Positions 29,025-38,474 are shown, numbered from the stretch's first letter. The stretch is 53,840 bases of DNA from a virus (IMGVR_UViG_3300031227_000060:1-53840), one strand, 5' to 3'. The notes: generated by a model from the sequence alone, not told the origin. A program made the numbers and translations.

Positions 29025-30407
29025 TCATTCCCTTTTCATACATGGCTTCAAATTTATATTCTTCAGAATCCTTTCACCTATCCATTTCGCCACACTAACG
29101 GTCACGGCGTTTCCTAAAGTTTTATATCTCTGAGTGTCCGATATTTCTATTTTTTTTCCATTTTCGTCTATTCCGTATTTTGTCCAATCATCAGGAAAAC
29201 CTTGAAGCCTTTCGCACTCTCTTGGGGTTAGCCTCCGGACCACACTCTTTTGAACCGATAATGTTTTATTCGGGCTTCCAATCGTTAAGGATTTATCAAC
29301 CTTGTTTATATACATTCCACCATTCGGACGATCTTTTCTTTTATTGGGCCCTCCATCATTGGTATGAATATCGAAACAAACAGCGTGGCAATGAGCCTGA
29401 CTTATTGTGTTAGCAGGATCACCGTTTTTACCTATACCACTCCCCATCCTGTCTTTATCAGAGGGTCTTCCTTGTGCTGTCATGGTATTGATCGGAATAC
29501 AAATACATGGCTGTTTTAATCCACCCTGATTAGTCCTCAGCGTTGGGCTTATTCCCTTTTTTTGGATTCTTGGGGCTCCATCTTCAGAAAAAGGTTCAAA
29601 AATTACCGGGTCAGCGGTTTTTTTCTGACATATCAGCTTGTCTTCCTGGGATAAATTATCTGCATAAGGGTTAGTTGTTAAGGCGTTTACATTTGTTTTT
29701 TCCTCAATCACACAAGGAAATCTCTTTTTATCTGGCATCATCTGCCCTTTTGATAACATCGACACATCAAGCGTGTCAGTTATTTGGCTTCCGTCATAAG
29801 AACAGCTTTCAATGCCGTTTTGAGTTGTTCCGGCAACTCCTTCCCTCTTTTTTCTGCTCTCCGCAGGATTCCGCGACAGGCTTTCGGACTCAAATAAAAC
29901 TTCTGCGCTACTTCCATTTCCAAGACTTCCGACAATGAACAAACGTCTGCGTCTTTGGGCCACTCCGAAATACTGACTGTCAAGCACCCTCCAGGTTGTG
30001 CCATACCCGCATTCGACCAACCCTCCCAGGATGACTCCAAAGTCCTTTCCTTTATTGGAAGAAAGTAATCCCGGTACATTTTCAATGACAACCCAAGATG
30101 GTTGTATTTCTTCAATAATTCGATGAAAATGGAACCATAAGCCTGATCGCTCTCCAGCCAAGCCTTTCCGCTTTCCGGCAACGGACACATCTTGGCAAGG
30201 GAATCCACCGCAAATGAGGGAAACAGGCTCAAGTTTTCTTCCTCCGATTTTTTTGACATCTTTAAACCTTTTAGTATCTTTAAATTGATGTTTTAATACT
30301 GCGATTGCGTGTTTATCTATTTCACATTGCCATTTACAGGTCATACCGGCCTGTTCAAATCCAAGACCGAAACCTTCTATTCCGGAAAACAATGTGCCGA
30401 AATTCAT
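29025..30407 (-). CDS. dcm: DNA (cytosine-5) methyltransferase (probable start 30407)
   Basis: LFSGIEG (I), GGFPCQD (IV), ENV (VI), QRRRR (VIII), RRLTPRECERLQGFP (IX), LGNAV (X). Confidence 0.95.
   Translation of the reverse strand: MNFGTLFSGIEGFGLGFEQAGMTCKWQCEIDKHAIAVLKHQFKDTKRFKDVKKIGGRKLEPVSLICGGFPCQDVSVAGKRKGLAGERSGLWFHFHRIIEEIQPSWVVIENVPGLLSSNKGKDFGVILGGLVECGYGTTWRVLDSQYFGVAQRRRRLFIVGSLGNGSSAEVLFESESLSRNPAESRKKREGVAGTTQNGIESCSYDGSQITDTLDVSMLSKGQMMPDKKRFPCVIEEKTNVNALTTNPYADNLSQEDKLICQKKTADPVIFEPFSEDGAPRIQKKGISPTLRTNQGGLKQPCICIPINTMTAQGRPSDKDRMGSGIGKNGDPANTISQAHCHAVCFDIHTNDGGPNKRKDRPNGGMYINKVDKSLTIGSPNKTLSVQKSVVRRLTPRECERLQGFPDDWTKYGIDENGKKIEISDTQRYKTLGNAVTVSVAKWIGERILKNINLKPCMKRE
29780..30259 (-). 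CDS. Nested alternative-frame ORF resembling the M.EcoHK31I beta polypeptide
   Basis: GLSLKM...WSNAGMA...CSLSEVLE...LSPKACRGILRRA, same strand, inside dcm. Confidence 0.55.
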   Translation of the reverse strand: MSKKSEEENLSLFPSFAVDSLAKMCPLPESGKAWLESDQAYGSIFIELLKKYNHLGLSLKMYRDYFLPIKERTLESSWEGWSNAGMAQPGGCLTVSISEWPKDADVCSLSEVLEMEVAQKFYLSPKACRGILRRAEKRGKELPEQLKTALKAVLMTEAK

Positions 30408-30498
30408 CCTATCCCCCACGACAGATAAGAGACGCACGACCAGAAGACCCATAGCCAGTAGAATGAACCTGTAAATATTGCTGTTAAAAGTGTATTTG

Positions 30499-30819
30499 TC
30501 ATTTATCTTCCCTGGTGGGAATATTAAAATCCTTACAAATTTGCTTAATTGATTTGTCAAGCCGGGTAATGCATTCATTGCAAAACTCAACAAGCATATT
30601 TCTTCCCTTAAATTTTGGTCTTGGATAATTTCTATCTTCCACTAATCCCTTTAATCTTAAACAAACTCCGATATAATATAGGCTGTGCGCCCACGGAATT
30701 TTCGGGAACCTTGTAAATATTTTCATATCTTCAGGCCCGTTCTTTCCAGGCTCAGTATAAATTTTTTCATTATTCGGTGTTACTATGTCGTAATCCTGTT
30801 TAGCCAAACGCTTCCTCAT
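30499..30819 (-). CDS. Hypothetical protein
   Basis: Overlaps the end of the MT-A70 gene. Confidence 0.55.
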   Translation of the reverse strand: MRKRLAKQDYDIVTPNNEKIYTEPGKNGPEDMKIFTRFPKIPWAHSLYYIGVCLRLKGLVEDRNYPRPKFKGRNMLVEFCNECITRLDKSIKQICKDFNIPTREDK

Positions 30820-31597
30820 TAAACAAATCTCTTTCTATTTCATTCCCCCAAACCGTCCAACCTTCTCGCACCCTTCTTCCAAAAAGTTCAAGGTATGGTG
30901 CAGGGCTAACAAGTTCGATGGCCCGTGCAACTTCTTCCGGTTTTTGACTGTGCTTGGTGCGATTAATTTCTTTCCAGCTTTTTTGCGCTCGGTTTAAAAA
31001 CGGCTGCTTTCCTTTAATTCCAAAAAACATAAATTCATGGGACACCCGCCAGTAGTTTCCTATTCCCATTTGAGGCTTTACCCATACAAAACAGCTTTTA
31101 TATTCAAAACCCCACGCTTCGATTATTTTTTTAGCGTCAAATAAAAAAGCGTTTGTTGTCCATAGGTGAAGGTGGGCGTTTTCTTCTACAAGTTTACTTA
31201 TAGGAAGTTCGGTTAATTCCTGCACCGTCATTGTATCGTAATGATTATTTGTCGCTGAACGTGTTCCTTGATTTGAATATTTCCATGGCGGGTCTGCGTA
31301 TATGGTCGGAAATTTTTTACCAGACTTTATAAGCCTGTCTAAATCTTCCACAGCACAAGTTTTAACGCCGATATCGGTTTTACCTATATCAGGTGGAGCG
31401 TTTTGCTCCAGTGGTTTGTTGTGAATATATCTTCGCCTTAAAGCGTCGGCTGAATAAACAGCCTCACCAATACTTTCCACCTGCTCTGACTCAAGGCGTT
31501 TAGCAGCTTTTCTTTGACTCATGCCCGATTTTATTAATTCATCGAATCGCGAACACAGACCAGCATTGCAAATTTCACATTCTTTTAACCATTTCAT
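30800..31597 (-). CDS. MT-A70 family N6-adenine methyltransferase with N-terminal extension
   Basis: IYADPPW, LHLWTTN, WGFEYK..FVWVK, HSQKP, LELFGR...WGNE. Confidence 0.9.
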   Translation of the reverse strand: MKWLKECEICNAGLCSRFDELIKSGMSQRKAAKRLESEQVESIGEAVYSADALRRRYIHNKPLEQNAPPDIGKTDIGVKTCAVEDLDRLIKSGKKFPTIYADPPWKYSNQGTRSATNNHYDTMTVQELTELPISKLVEENAHLHLWTTNAFLFDAKKIIEAWGFEYKSCFVWVKPQMGIGNYWRVSHEFMFFGIKGKQPFLNRAQKSWKEINRTKHSQKPEEVARAIELVSPAPYLELFGRRVREGWTVWGNEIERDLFNEEAFG

Positions 31598-31632
31598 TAT
31601 AAAAGTTTTCCTTTGCGGTGCAATATATCCTC

Positions 31633-31812
31633 CTAACGAGTTAAATCATAAATAGAAATGCCCGAAGCAGCCGATATTTTCTTGATATTTTCAAGCGATG
31701 TTCCCTTGTTGTTCAGGAACCGATAAACACTTGACGGTGACAGCTTGTGCCTTACGCTCCAAGGAGTGTACTTTAATTTGTTTCGTTTCAAGTATGACTT
31801 TAATTTTTTCAT
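31633..31812 (-). CDS. Cro-like HTH protein (59 aa, below the ORF-track cutoff)
   Basis: MKKLKSYLKRNKLKYTPWSVRHKLSPSSVYRFLNNKGTSLENIKKISAASGISIYDLTR; first gene of the leftward operon. Confidence 0.7.
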   Translation of the reverse strand: MKKLKSYLKRNKLKYTPWSVRHKLSPSSVYRFLNNKGTSLENIKKISAASGISIYDLTR

Positions 31813-31903
31813 AATTCAACTTATCTCACAGATCAAACATCAATGCAAGCTGTTTTTGTTTTATTCTTAAAATAATTTAATTTCATGGATGAAATAATAA
31901 TCC

Positions 31904-31931
31904 TTGACATATGATTCTGGCGTGATAAAAT
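31904..31931 (+). promoter_or_regulatory. Rightward early sigma70 promoter
   Basis: TTGACA-16bp-TAAAAT with an extended -10 TG. Confidence 0.7.
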
Positions 31932-32012
31932 ACGTTCACAATCCAACAAATCTTACTATATGTAGAATGAGGATTGAATCCTAAAAGTAGTTTTATCGTT
32001 CTTTTACAATTT

Positions 32013-32197
32013 GGGGTAGTAGCGGAATTAATGGTTAAGGGTTGGCAGCTTGAAAAAGTCTGGATAAAAGAAGCCAAGTAAACACGCCGAGCCAGAACTG
32101 CCAGAAAATGCTGTGATTAAAACCATTGTCCTCACTAAATGAGTGTTGGCTAAACAGCAATAAGCCCGTGCAGGGTGCAAATCCCTGCACTACCCCA
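32013..32197 (+). ncRNA. tRNA-like structured RNA (not a canonical tRNA)
   Basis: GGGGTAG/CTACCCC-A acceptor-like stem with adjacent GCAGGG-TGCAAAT-CCCTGC T-arm-like hairpin; 185 nt. Confidence 0.55.
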
Positions 32198-32209
32198 ACA
32201 ACTTTTACA

Positions 32210-32403
32210 TGGTCGGTTTAGTTCAGTCGTGATGGGGATGAACACTGGAAGCGCATTCGTAAAACCCGCGTTTCAGGTTCTTAGTAGCTACTCCTGTCGG
32301 TGTGGGCGCACCAGGCGGCGAATGCCATGCGGAACAAGGCCAATCTGGGTCTTGGCGCTCACAGATATCAGCCGTAAACGTCACGATTGAATTAAGCCGA
32401 CCA
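32210..32403 (+). ncRNA. Structured RNA closed by a 23-bp stem
   Basis: TGGTCGGTTTAGTTCAGTCGTGA pairs with TCACGATTGAATTAAGCCGACCA; all differences are G.U pairs on the + strand. Confidence 0.6.
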
Positions 32404-32537
32404 ACATTTAGACGCGGGTTACACCGCCCTGGGTGCGGACTTGATAAGTAGCAACCTGTCGAAAGAGGCATAGACAAGAGTGGATACCGCACTATCCTTA
32501 ATATCTCTTTAAAGAGCTTTATCGACATAGTTCTTTT

Positions 32538-32654
32538 TGGTTGAACCGGGTTTTAAGACTAAGACGCTCGTGGTTTCTGACGAGATAAGCACAGAAGGCC
32601 GAAGAGACAGAGACTATACCCTGTGCGGTCGTTTATCTTTGTCCGGTTCAACCA
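32538..32654 (+). ncRNA. Structured RNA closed by a 12-bp perfect stem
   Basis: TGGTTGAACCGG...CCGGTTCAACCA with internal CTCGT/ACGAG and GCACAG/CTGTGC stems. Confidence 0.5.
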
Positions 32655-32937
32655 TTTTTCACATGATTAATTGAAAAGGAGGCGTGATGAAACAATTCAC
32701 CAGATACATATACGAAGCAATCTTTATGATCGAAATTGTTGTTCTCGGCATGATGATTCCGATTGCAACGCTTTTCAGGGGGTAGATTATGACCACCCAA
32801 GAGTTTAATAAACTGCAAGACGATATAGAAGAATATGAATGGCAAGAATATTTATGGAGGACTCTCTTTCATATCCATACAAAATATAATTATAGGGGGT
32901 CGTGGAGCCTCGAAAACTTTAAACATATGTGGGAATA

Positions 32938-33477
32938 ATGACATACGAAAACACCACAGGATTGCCAAGTGTAACCGATGTTTTATCTCCTTATATAGAT
33001 AAAAATTGGTTCACCGAAGAGTCGAGAATGAGAGGTACTGCCGTCCACGCAGCAGCGACCTGTCACGTAACTGGCGTGTGGTCACTACCTCTTGAGCCTG
33101 AATATAAGGGGTATTTAGAAAGCTTCAAAAGGTGGAGCGACCTGATGATTGACAAGGTTATCATGGTTGAGGAAAGGCTTATTAGTAAAGCCAGTGGTTT
33201 TTGCGGAAAGCCTGACTTGGTTTGCGTTTTAAAGGGCGATGAAAAATTAACTTTAGTTGATTGGAAAACGAGCGTTGCGCCTTCAAAGACTTGGCCTTTA
33301 CAAGTAGCCGCATATCGCCATTTGGCTAATTATGATAAAAAGATAGTCACGTATAGAGGACTGTGTGTCAGATTGAATAAGGACGGTAAGATGCCAAAGC
33401 CTGATGAATATATGGAATACGAGAATGATTTGAATAAATTCAAAGCAGCTTTATCGCTGTATAAACATTTTAACTAA
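32938..33477 (+). CDS. PD-(D/E)XK exonuclease
   Basis: LPSVTDVL, RGTAVH, GKPDL, LVDWKT, LQVAAY. Confidence 0.85.
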   Translation: MTYENTTGLPSVTDVLSPYIDKNWFTEESRMRGTAVHAAATCHVTGVWSLPLEPEYKGYLESFKRWSDLMIDKVIMVEERLISKASGFCGKPDLVCVLKGDEKLTLVDWKTSVAPSKTWPLQVAAYRHLANYDKKIVTYRGLCVRLNKDGKMPKPDEYMEYENDLNKFKAALSLYKHFN

Positions 33478-33487
33478 GGAGGATAAT

Positions 33488-34534
33488 ATGAGCAAGGGGA
33501 TAGATTTTGGTGCAGCACTTAATGGCGGTAAAAAAGACCCGGACAGCGGCTTTCACGCCAATGCTCCAATTATGGAACCCGAAGTTCTTGACGACGGGGC
33601 TATTGTAATCGCAGAGAAGCTCGACCCTGAACCTTATCGAAAACAGTTTGATGTGTACGAGGTCGCAATAGTTGATCTCAGCACACAGGCCAACGCTCTT
33701 ATTGTTGACTCAGACGAATCGGCAGAAAAGGCTACGGGCATGGCAAATCAGGCGAAAGGTCTGATTAAGAAGCTGGAAGGAGCCAGAAAGATCATTATCG
33801 GCCCTTTCAAGAAATTCACCTCTGCGATAGACAGCTTCGCAAAAGGCTATCGTGACCAGCTTGAGGGTGTTCCTGAAATATTAAGGCCCAAGGTCACGGA
33901 GTATAATAAACAAATGCGATTGAAAGCTGAAGCTGAAGCTGAAGTTGCGCGAAAAGAAGCCGCCGAACTACAGGCCAAGCTTGACCGGGAAGCCGAGGAA
34001 AAGAACCGCCTTGTCCGTGAAAAAGCCGAAGCCGAAGCAAGGGCAAAAGCCGAAGAGGAAGCCCGAATAGCCGCCGAAGAAGAAGCGAAGAGGGCCGAGG
34101 AAAGAGCTGTGAAAGCGGAGGAAGAAGCGCGGAAACAGGCAAAAAATAAAAAAGAAGCTGAAAAGGCTGCTGCTATCGCAAGGGTGAAGGCTGAGAAACA
34201 GGCCAAGGAAACCGCCGAAAAAGCTGAGATAGAGGCCAGAAAAATAGCAGACGAGGCGGCAGAACAGGCACGAATCGAAGCTGAAAATAACAAGATTGAA
34301 GCTGCGAGGGTGGCCCCGGTTATTGTAGAGAGCAGAGACACCATAAAAACAGCAAGCGGATCGGCAAAAACTAAGCTAAAATGGACTTTCGAGCTTGAGG
34401 ACATCAAAAAGGTTCCTGCCGAGTATATATTGCTGGACGAAAAGAAAATAAAACACCTGATCGAAGCCGGTTTTCGTGAAATTGCCGGAATCAGAATATT
34501 TCAGGCCGATGTAACAACTTTCAGGAAAAAATAA
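33488..34534 (+). CDS. Coiled-coil protein of the recombination module
   Basis: AAGGAGG RBS; E/K/A-rich core; WTFELEDIKKVPAEY...IAGIRIF end. Confidence 0.7.
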   Translation: MSKGIDFGAALNGGKKDPDSGFHANAPIMEPEVLDDGAIVIAEKLDPEPYRKQFDVYEVAIVDLSTQANALIVDSDESAEKATGMANQAKGLIKKLEGARKIIIGPFKKFTSAIDSFAKGYRDQLEGVPEILRPKVTEYNKQMRLKAEAEAEVARKEAAELQAKLDREAEEKNRLVREKAEAEARAKAEEEARIAAEEEAKRAEERAVKAEEEARKQAKNKKEAEKAAAIARVKAEKQAKETAEKAEIEARKIADEAAEQARIEAENNKIEAARVAPVIVESRDTIKTASGSAKTKLKWTFELEDIKKVPAEYILLDEKKIKHLIEAGFREIAGIRIFQADVTTFRKK

Positions 34535-34546
34535 GGAGAAGGAATT

Positions 34547-35677
34547 ATGGAAGACAATTTATTCCCGGTAGCAAAAAAACAGGAGAACGCACTTGTTGAG
34601 ATAGAATCAGCAAGGGCAGTTCAGGAAGTCCAGGCCGCAATGATCATCGCTAAAAAATTCCCGAGAGATCAACACTTAGCGTTTGATAAGATTATGGAAG
34701 CCTGTAAGAGGAAGTCTCTCGCTGAAACAGCCACCTATGTTTACCCAAGAGGCGGTAAAAAAGTAACCGGCCCTTCAATCCGGCTTGCTGAAGTTCTGGC
34801 TCAGAATTGGGGGAACATGCAGTTTGGAGTACGGGAACTTTCCCAGGAAAACGGATGGTCAGAGGTTGAATCTTTTGCGTGGGACGTTGAAACCAACACA
34901 AGACAGGTCAAAAACTTTAAAGTCCCGCATGTTCGGCACACAAAACAGGGAAGCAATGCTCTCACAGACCCAAGAGACATTTATGAATATGTTGCCAGCC
35001 AGGGAGCGAGAAGGCTCAGGGCTTGTATTCTTGGGGTGATACCGGGTGACATAGTGGATGAAGCCGTAAAAGCCTGTGGGAAGACTCTGGTGGGTGCTGG
35101 CGGAAAGCCGATTGAAGACCTGATAAGGGCCATGCTGGTCAAATTTAAGGAGATCGGGATCACACAGAAAATGGTTGAGGACAGACTTCAGCACAAAACA
35201 TCAGCAATGGTCAGAACTCAAATCGTTGAAATGGGTCAAATTTACAACTCTATCAATGACGGAATGAGCAAAAAGGAAGATTGGTTCGGCTCTAATGCGG
35301 CAGATCCAGTAAAAATAGACACTTCCGGTTTTGATGCCAAGCTGAAAAGAAGAAAATACACCGACCAGATTGACGAATTTGTTGAGGTCACAGCCAAGGC
35401 TAACGGCATCGAAGAAGATGAGTTGAAGGTCAGCGCGATGGAAGATTTTGACGGATTCTGGAAATCTTATCTGTCATGGAAAGACACCGAAACAAAGCCG
35501 GAAAAAGAAAGTTCCAAAAGCGACCTGTCCGCCGATACCCTCAAGCTGATTATGGACTGCATTAATAAGGATAAAAAATCCTGGGAGCAAGCCGTAAAGC
35601 AGGAAGGCGATGTCGACAGCGAAGAACAGTTTGATAAGGTTGCTGCGGTGTTCCAGGAGATAGTGGAGAATAAATAA
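34547..35677 (+). CDS. Putative ssDNA-annealing/recombination protein
   Basis: AKKFPRD...YVYPRGG..VTGPSIRLAE...WGN; located next to the exonuclease. Function is inferred from context. Confidence 0.6.
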   Translation: MEDNLFPVAKKQENALVEIESARAVQEVQAAMIIAKKFPRDQHLAFDKIMEACKRKSLAETATYVYPRGGKKVTGPSIRLAEVLAQNWGNMQFGVRELSQENGWSEVESFAWDVETNTRQVKNFKVPHVRHTKQGSNALTDPRDIYEYVASQGARRLRACILGVIPGDIVDEAVKACGKTLVGAGGKPIEDLIRAMLVKFKEIGITQKMVEDRLQHKTSAMVRTQIVEMGQIYNSINDGMSKKEDWFGSNAADPVKIDTSGFDAKLKRRKYTDQIDEFVEVTAKANGIEEDELKVSAMEDFDGFWKSYLSWKDTETKPEKESSKSDLSADTLKLIMDCINKDKKSWEQAVKQEGDVDSEEQFDKVAAVFQEIVENK

Positions 35678-35854
35678 AATGAAAATAATAGCGATTGTAA
35701 ACGAGAGGGATAGTGACATGATCGAGCTTTACAGCGATAATGAAAAATATATGCTCGGTGCGGTACATTTAGATTCATTCATGTTTGATGAGGATATCTT
35801 TAAAAGGCTGGATGCTGGTGAAAAAATAGTGTTAAATGTCTCAATGGTGGCTTA

Positions 35855-36304
35855 ATGACAACTAACTTTTCAGATCCTCATAGCAGGTTTTATTTCGACT
35901 CGGAAAGCTTTATTGAGCATATTCCGGCTGTGTGTAGTCCCTGTTCAGAAGGGAAATGTTTTTACGCCGACAATGCTAAAAATGATTTCCCATGTGATGA
36001 CTGCGCCCGGCCTTATTTGTATGATTTATCTTTGTCTGGTGAATATGATTATAATGATATTCCAGACCCTCCACAAAAACCTGTTAAAATGAAAGTTAAG
36101 CCGATATCTAAAAGCAACCCGGTGGGTCGGACTCTCAGTTCTACCGATTGGCAAGTGGTAGCGGATCTTTACGGGTTTGAAAATCATATAGATATGTTAA
36201 GGTATTATCGAATTGAAAAAAAGATGGGCTTACAAAAGTTACGGAAATTGCTTCATAAACAGTATGAGACAATTCGATTAGAAGTTAAGAGGTTAGGATT
36301 ATGA
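35855..36304 (+). CDS. Hypothetical protein (Cys cluster, possible C-terminal HTH)
   Basis: ORF in the early operon. Confidence 0.55.
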   Translation: MTTNFSDPHSRFYFDSESFIEHIPAVCSPCSEGKCFYADNAKNDFPCDDCARPYLYDLSLSGEYDYNDIPDPPQKPVKMKVKPISKSNPVGRTLSSTDWQVVADLYGFENHIDMLRYYRIEKKMGLQKLRKLLHKQYETIRLEVKRLGL

Positions 36305-36747
36305 TAGAAATCTCAACACAGTGGCGCCGGGTCGAAAACTACACTGGATATGCCCTTATTCCATACTCAGACGAGGATATGGAAGAGGCCAAGGTCTATA
36401 AGCCAAACCAGATATTAAGGGCCAAACTCAAGGGAACTCGCAAGGAGCGTTCATATCAGCAATTAAAATGGGTACACGCTATATTTAAAATCGTGGCTGA
36501 GAACGCTACAGATGAAGATTGGGACACACCAGAGAAGGTGAAAAACCGATGTAAGTTAGCAATGGGTTATTATGATGTATTTGAAGTTAAAAATAATCAG
36601 GTATTCTTTCATTTTAAGTCATTTGCATTCGACCAAATGGAGCAAAACATGGTTGACCTTAAATTTAATGAGGCGAAATTAATATGTGCCAAGGTTATAG
36701 GGGTTGACCCTGAAGAACTCGAAGCGCAGGCTAAAGAAAGGGGATAA
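36301..36747 (+). CDS. NinB/DUF1367-like protein
   Basis: RSYQQLKWVHA...KSFAFDQMEQ pattern. Confidence 0.55.
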   Translation: MIEISTQWRRVENYTGYALIPYSDEDMEEAKVYKPNQILRAKLKGTRKERSYQQLKWVHAIFKIVAENATDEDWDTPEKVKNRCKLAMGYYDVFEVKNNQVFFHFKSFAFDQMEQNMVDLKFNEAKLICAKVIGVDPEELEAQAKERG

Positions 36748-36934
36748 CATGAGCGAATATCCAGAAGATACTTGTCCATGTGCTGAGTGCCCAGATCGTG
36801 AAGAGGAGCATTGCGTGTGTGACAACTCCATAGACCAAACAGAGAAAATAAAGGACTGCGAGCGTTGTTATCATAAAGATAACTGCGAAACGCATAATTG
36901 GATTAAAGATAACAGTGAACGAACTCATGGATAA
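36704..36934 (+). CDS. Cys-rich hypothetical protein (likely start MSEY)
   Basis: CPCAEC, CVC, CERC. Confidence 0.45.
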   Translation: MTLKNSKRRLKKGDNMSEYPEDTCPCAECPDREEEHCVCDNSIDQTEKIKDCERCYHKDNCETHNWIKDNSERTHG

Positions 36935-36943
36935 TAAGGAGAG

Positions 36944-37126
36944 GTGATTATGAAAGGATACGCTTTAGTAAACAAGAAAACAAATAAGGTAATACCCATC
37001 AGCCTAGATTGGGAAACTGACAACATTCTTGTTTTTAAGTATAAAAGAAGCATTGTTGAAATTATTGAAGAGCCTGAACACGACGAAGAAATAAGGCGGG
37101 TTGAGATAGATGTTACAAAACCGTAA
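36944..37126 (+). CDS. Hypothetical protein
   Basis: AAGGAGAGG RBS. Confidence 0.5.
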   Translation: MIMKGYALVNKKTNKVIPISLDWETDNILVFKYKRSIVEIIEEPEHDEEIRRVEIDVTKP

Positions 37127-37430
37127 AATAGTTTCAATGCCCAAAAGGGGTGTGAAGGTCAGCGAACATATATGGAGAGGTCTTAAAAAATTGGTTGCTG
37201 AGAGAGATAATTTCCAATGTCAGATATGCAGTCGGAGCAGGCCGATGAATCGCCTCGATTTCCATCATATTGTGCCCAAGGGCAGATTACACCTTGGTAT
37301 CATTGAGAATATCCTCACAATGTGCCGCAGATGCCACAGGCTCTTACATGACGGATTGTTAGACGTGTCAGTGGATGATTTAATAGATAAACATAATCTA
37401 AGGCATTATTTATATGTGGAGGGGAAATGA
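37110..37430 (+). CDS. HNH endonuclease
   Basis: RDNFQCQIC...LDFHHIVP...NILTMCRRCHRLLH. Confidence 0.85.
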   Translation: MLQNRKIVSMPKRGVKVSEHIWRGLKKLVAERDNFQCQICSRSRPMNRLDFHHIVPKGRLHLGIIENILTMCRRCHRLLHDGLLDVSVDDLIDKHNLRHYLYVEGK

Positions 37431-38023
37431 TTTTAATACCTGAACTTAAAAAAATATTAATTTTAATACCGAGAACAGGCTCTACATCTTTAAAAACCGC
37501 AGTTCTTGAAAAGTATAAAAAGAGCATTTGTCTTTATAGGCACATGGAAGCTGATGGTGTTCCTTATGGGTATGACAGGTGGGAAAAAATCGGTGTTGTT
37601 AGAGATCCTGTGATAAGACTATGGAGTTTATATAAGTTTTTGAAAACCATTAATGGTGACTATCATCCGCCATATATTGATGCAATGAATGATAGTGTTC
37701 GAGATATAACTTTTTCAGAGTGGATTATTAAAAACAAAACCGTATTTACCAATCCGTATGATTCAGGCGGCAGTGATAAATATTTCCCATATTACTCCGT
37801 TCTACACTCGCTACCGGAGAATAGAAAAAGTCAGTTTATATATTTAAGGCCAGACCTGGGAACAAAGGTCTTTAAATATGAAAACTTAGACATGTTGGCT
37901 TTAAATTTAAGCATAGATATAAAGAGGCTTAATGAAACGCCTTCTGATCCGGTGCCCTGTTTAAGCGATGAGGCTCTCGATCATATCTCACGATTTTTTT
38001 CATGGGACATATCTGTGTTTTAG
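37427..38023 (+). CDS. Sulfotransferase family 2-like protein
   Basis: 5'-PSB loop LIPRTGSTS; 3'-PB VRDPVIRLWSLY. Confidence 0.75.
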   Translation: MILIPELKKILILIPRTGSTSLKTAVLEKYKKSICLYRHMEADGVPYGYDRWEKIGVVRDPVIRLWSLYKFLKTINGDYHPPYIDAMNDSVRDITFSEWIIKNKTVFTNPYDSGGSDKYFPYYSVLHSLPENRKSQFIYLRPDLGTKVFKYENLDMLALNLSIDIKRLNETPSDPVPCLSDEALDHISRFFSWDISVF

Positions 38024-38073
38024 GGTGATTAATTAGAACAAGTTATACCGATAGGCAGTGTTGAAAGGAGAGG

Positions 38074-38322
38074 ATGATGTGGGTAAACGATATGTGTATT
38101 AACGAGCCAGGCCGACCAGGAGTATATGGTGGCGGATCCATTTGCATGTGTGATACATGCTGTTTAAACCGAAGTGACCCTGAGCGTAAGAAAAAAGAAT
38201 CTGAAAAAGAAGGTGATGATATAGTGTCCGATATGACCGAAGCCCTGAAGTCCCTTGATGAAAATCTTGAGACTGAAATTAAGGTTGATGAACCGGGAAC
38301 AGGAAGGAGCGTGAGGGGATGA
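38074..38322 (+). CDS. Hypothetical protein
   Basis: AGGAGAGG RBS; CMCDTCC. Confidence 0.5.
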   Translation: MMWVNDMCINEPGRPGVYGGGSICMCDTCCLNRSDPERKKKESEKEGDDIVSDMTEALKSLDENLETEIKVDEPGTGRSVRG

Positions 38323-38474
38323 TTATGGAAAAATTAGAAAAAGAAATGAGAGAACTGTTCTTAAAAATTAAAAGTCCGTACATCGACGAAAATAAAGAGC
38401 CGACGTTTGCCAAGATATATAAAAAGGTTAATCAATTAGATTTCGACAAAAAACTTCCGGCAACAAAGGAATAA

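Noticed and set aside
32013-32197. Canonical tRNA or tmRNA
   Set aside because: No normal D and anticodon arms at tRNA spacing; too short and no evident tag ORF for tmRNA.
31600-32930. Lysogeny module (CI/integrase)
   Set aside because: Only a Cro-like gene is seen; no CI or integrase in the window, so lifestyle is undetermined.
32929-33477. Cas4-like nuclease as part of a CRISPR system
   Set aside because: No array or other cas genes; context is phage recombination.
33847-34407. 186-aa Ser/Ala-rich antisense ORF
   Set aside because: Shadow of the E/K/A coiled-coil gene; no recognisable motifs, unlike the nested HNH.
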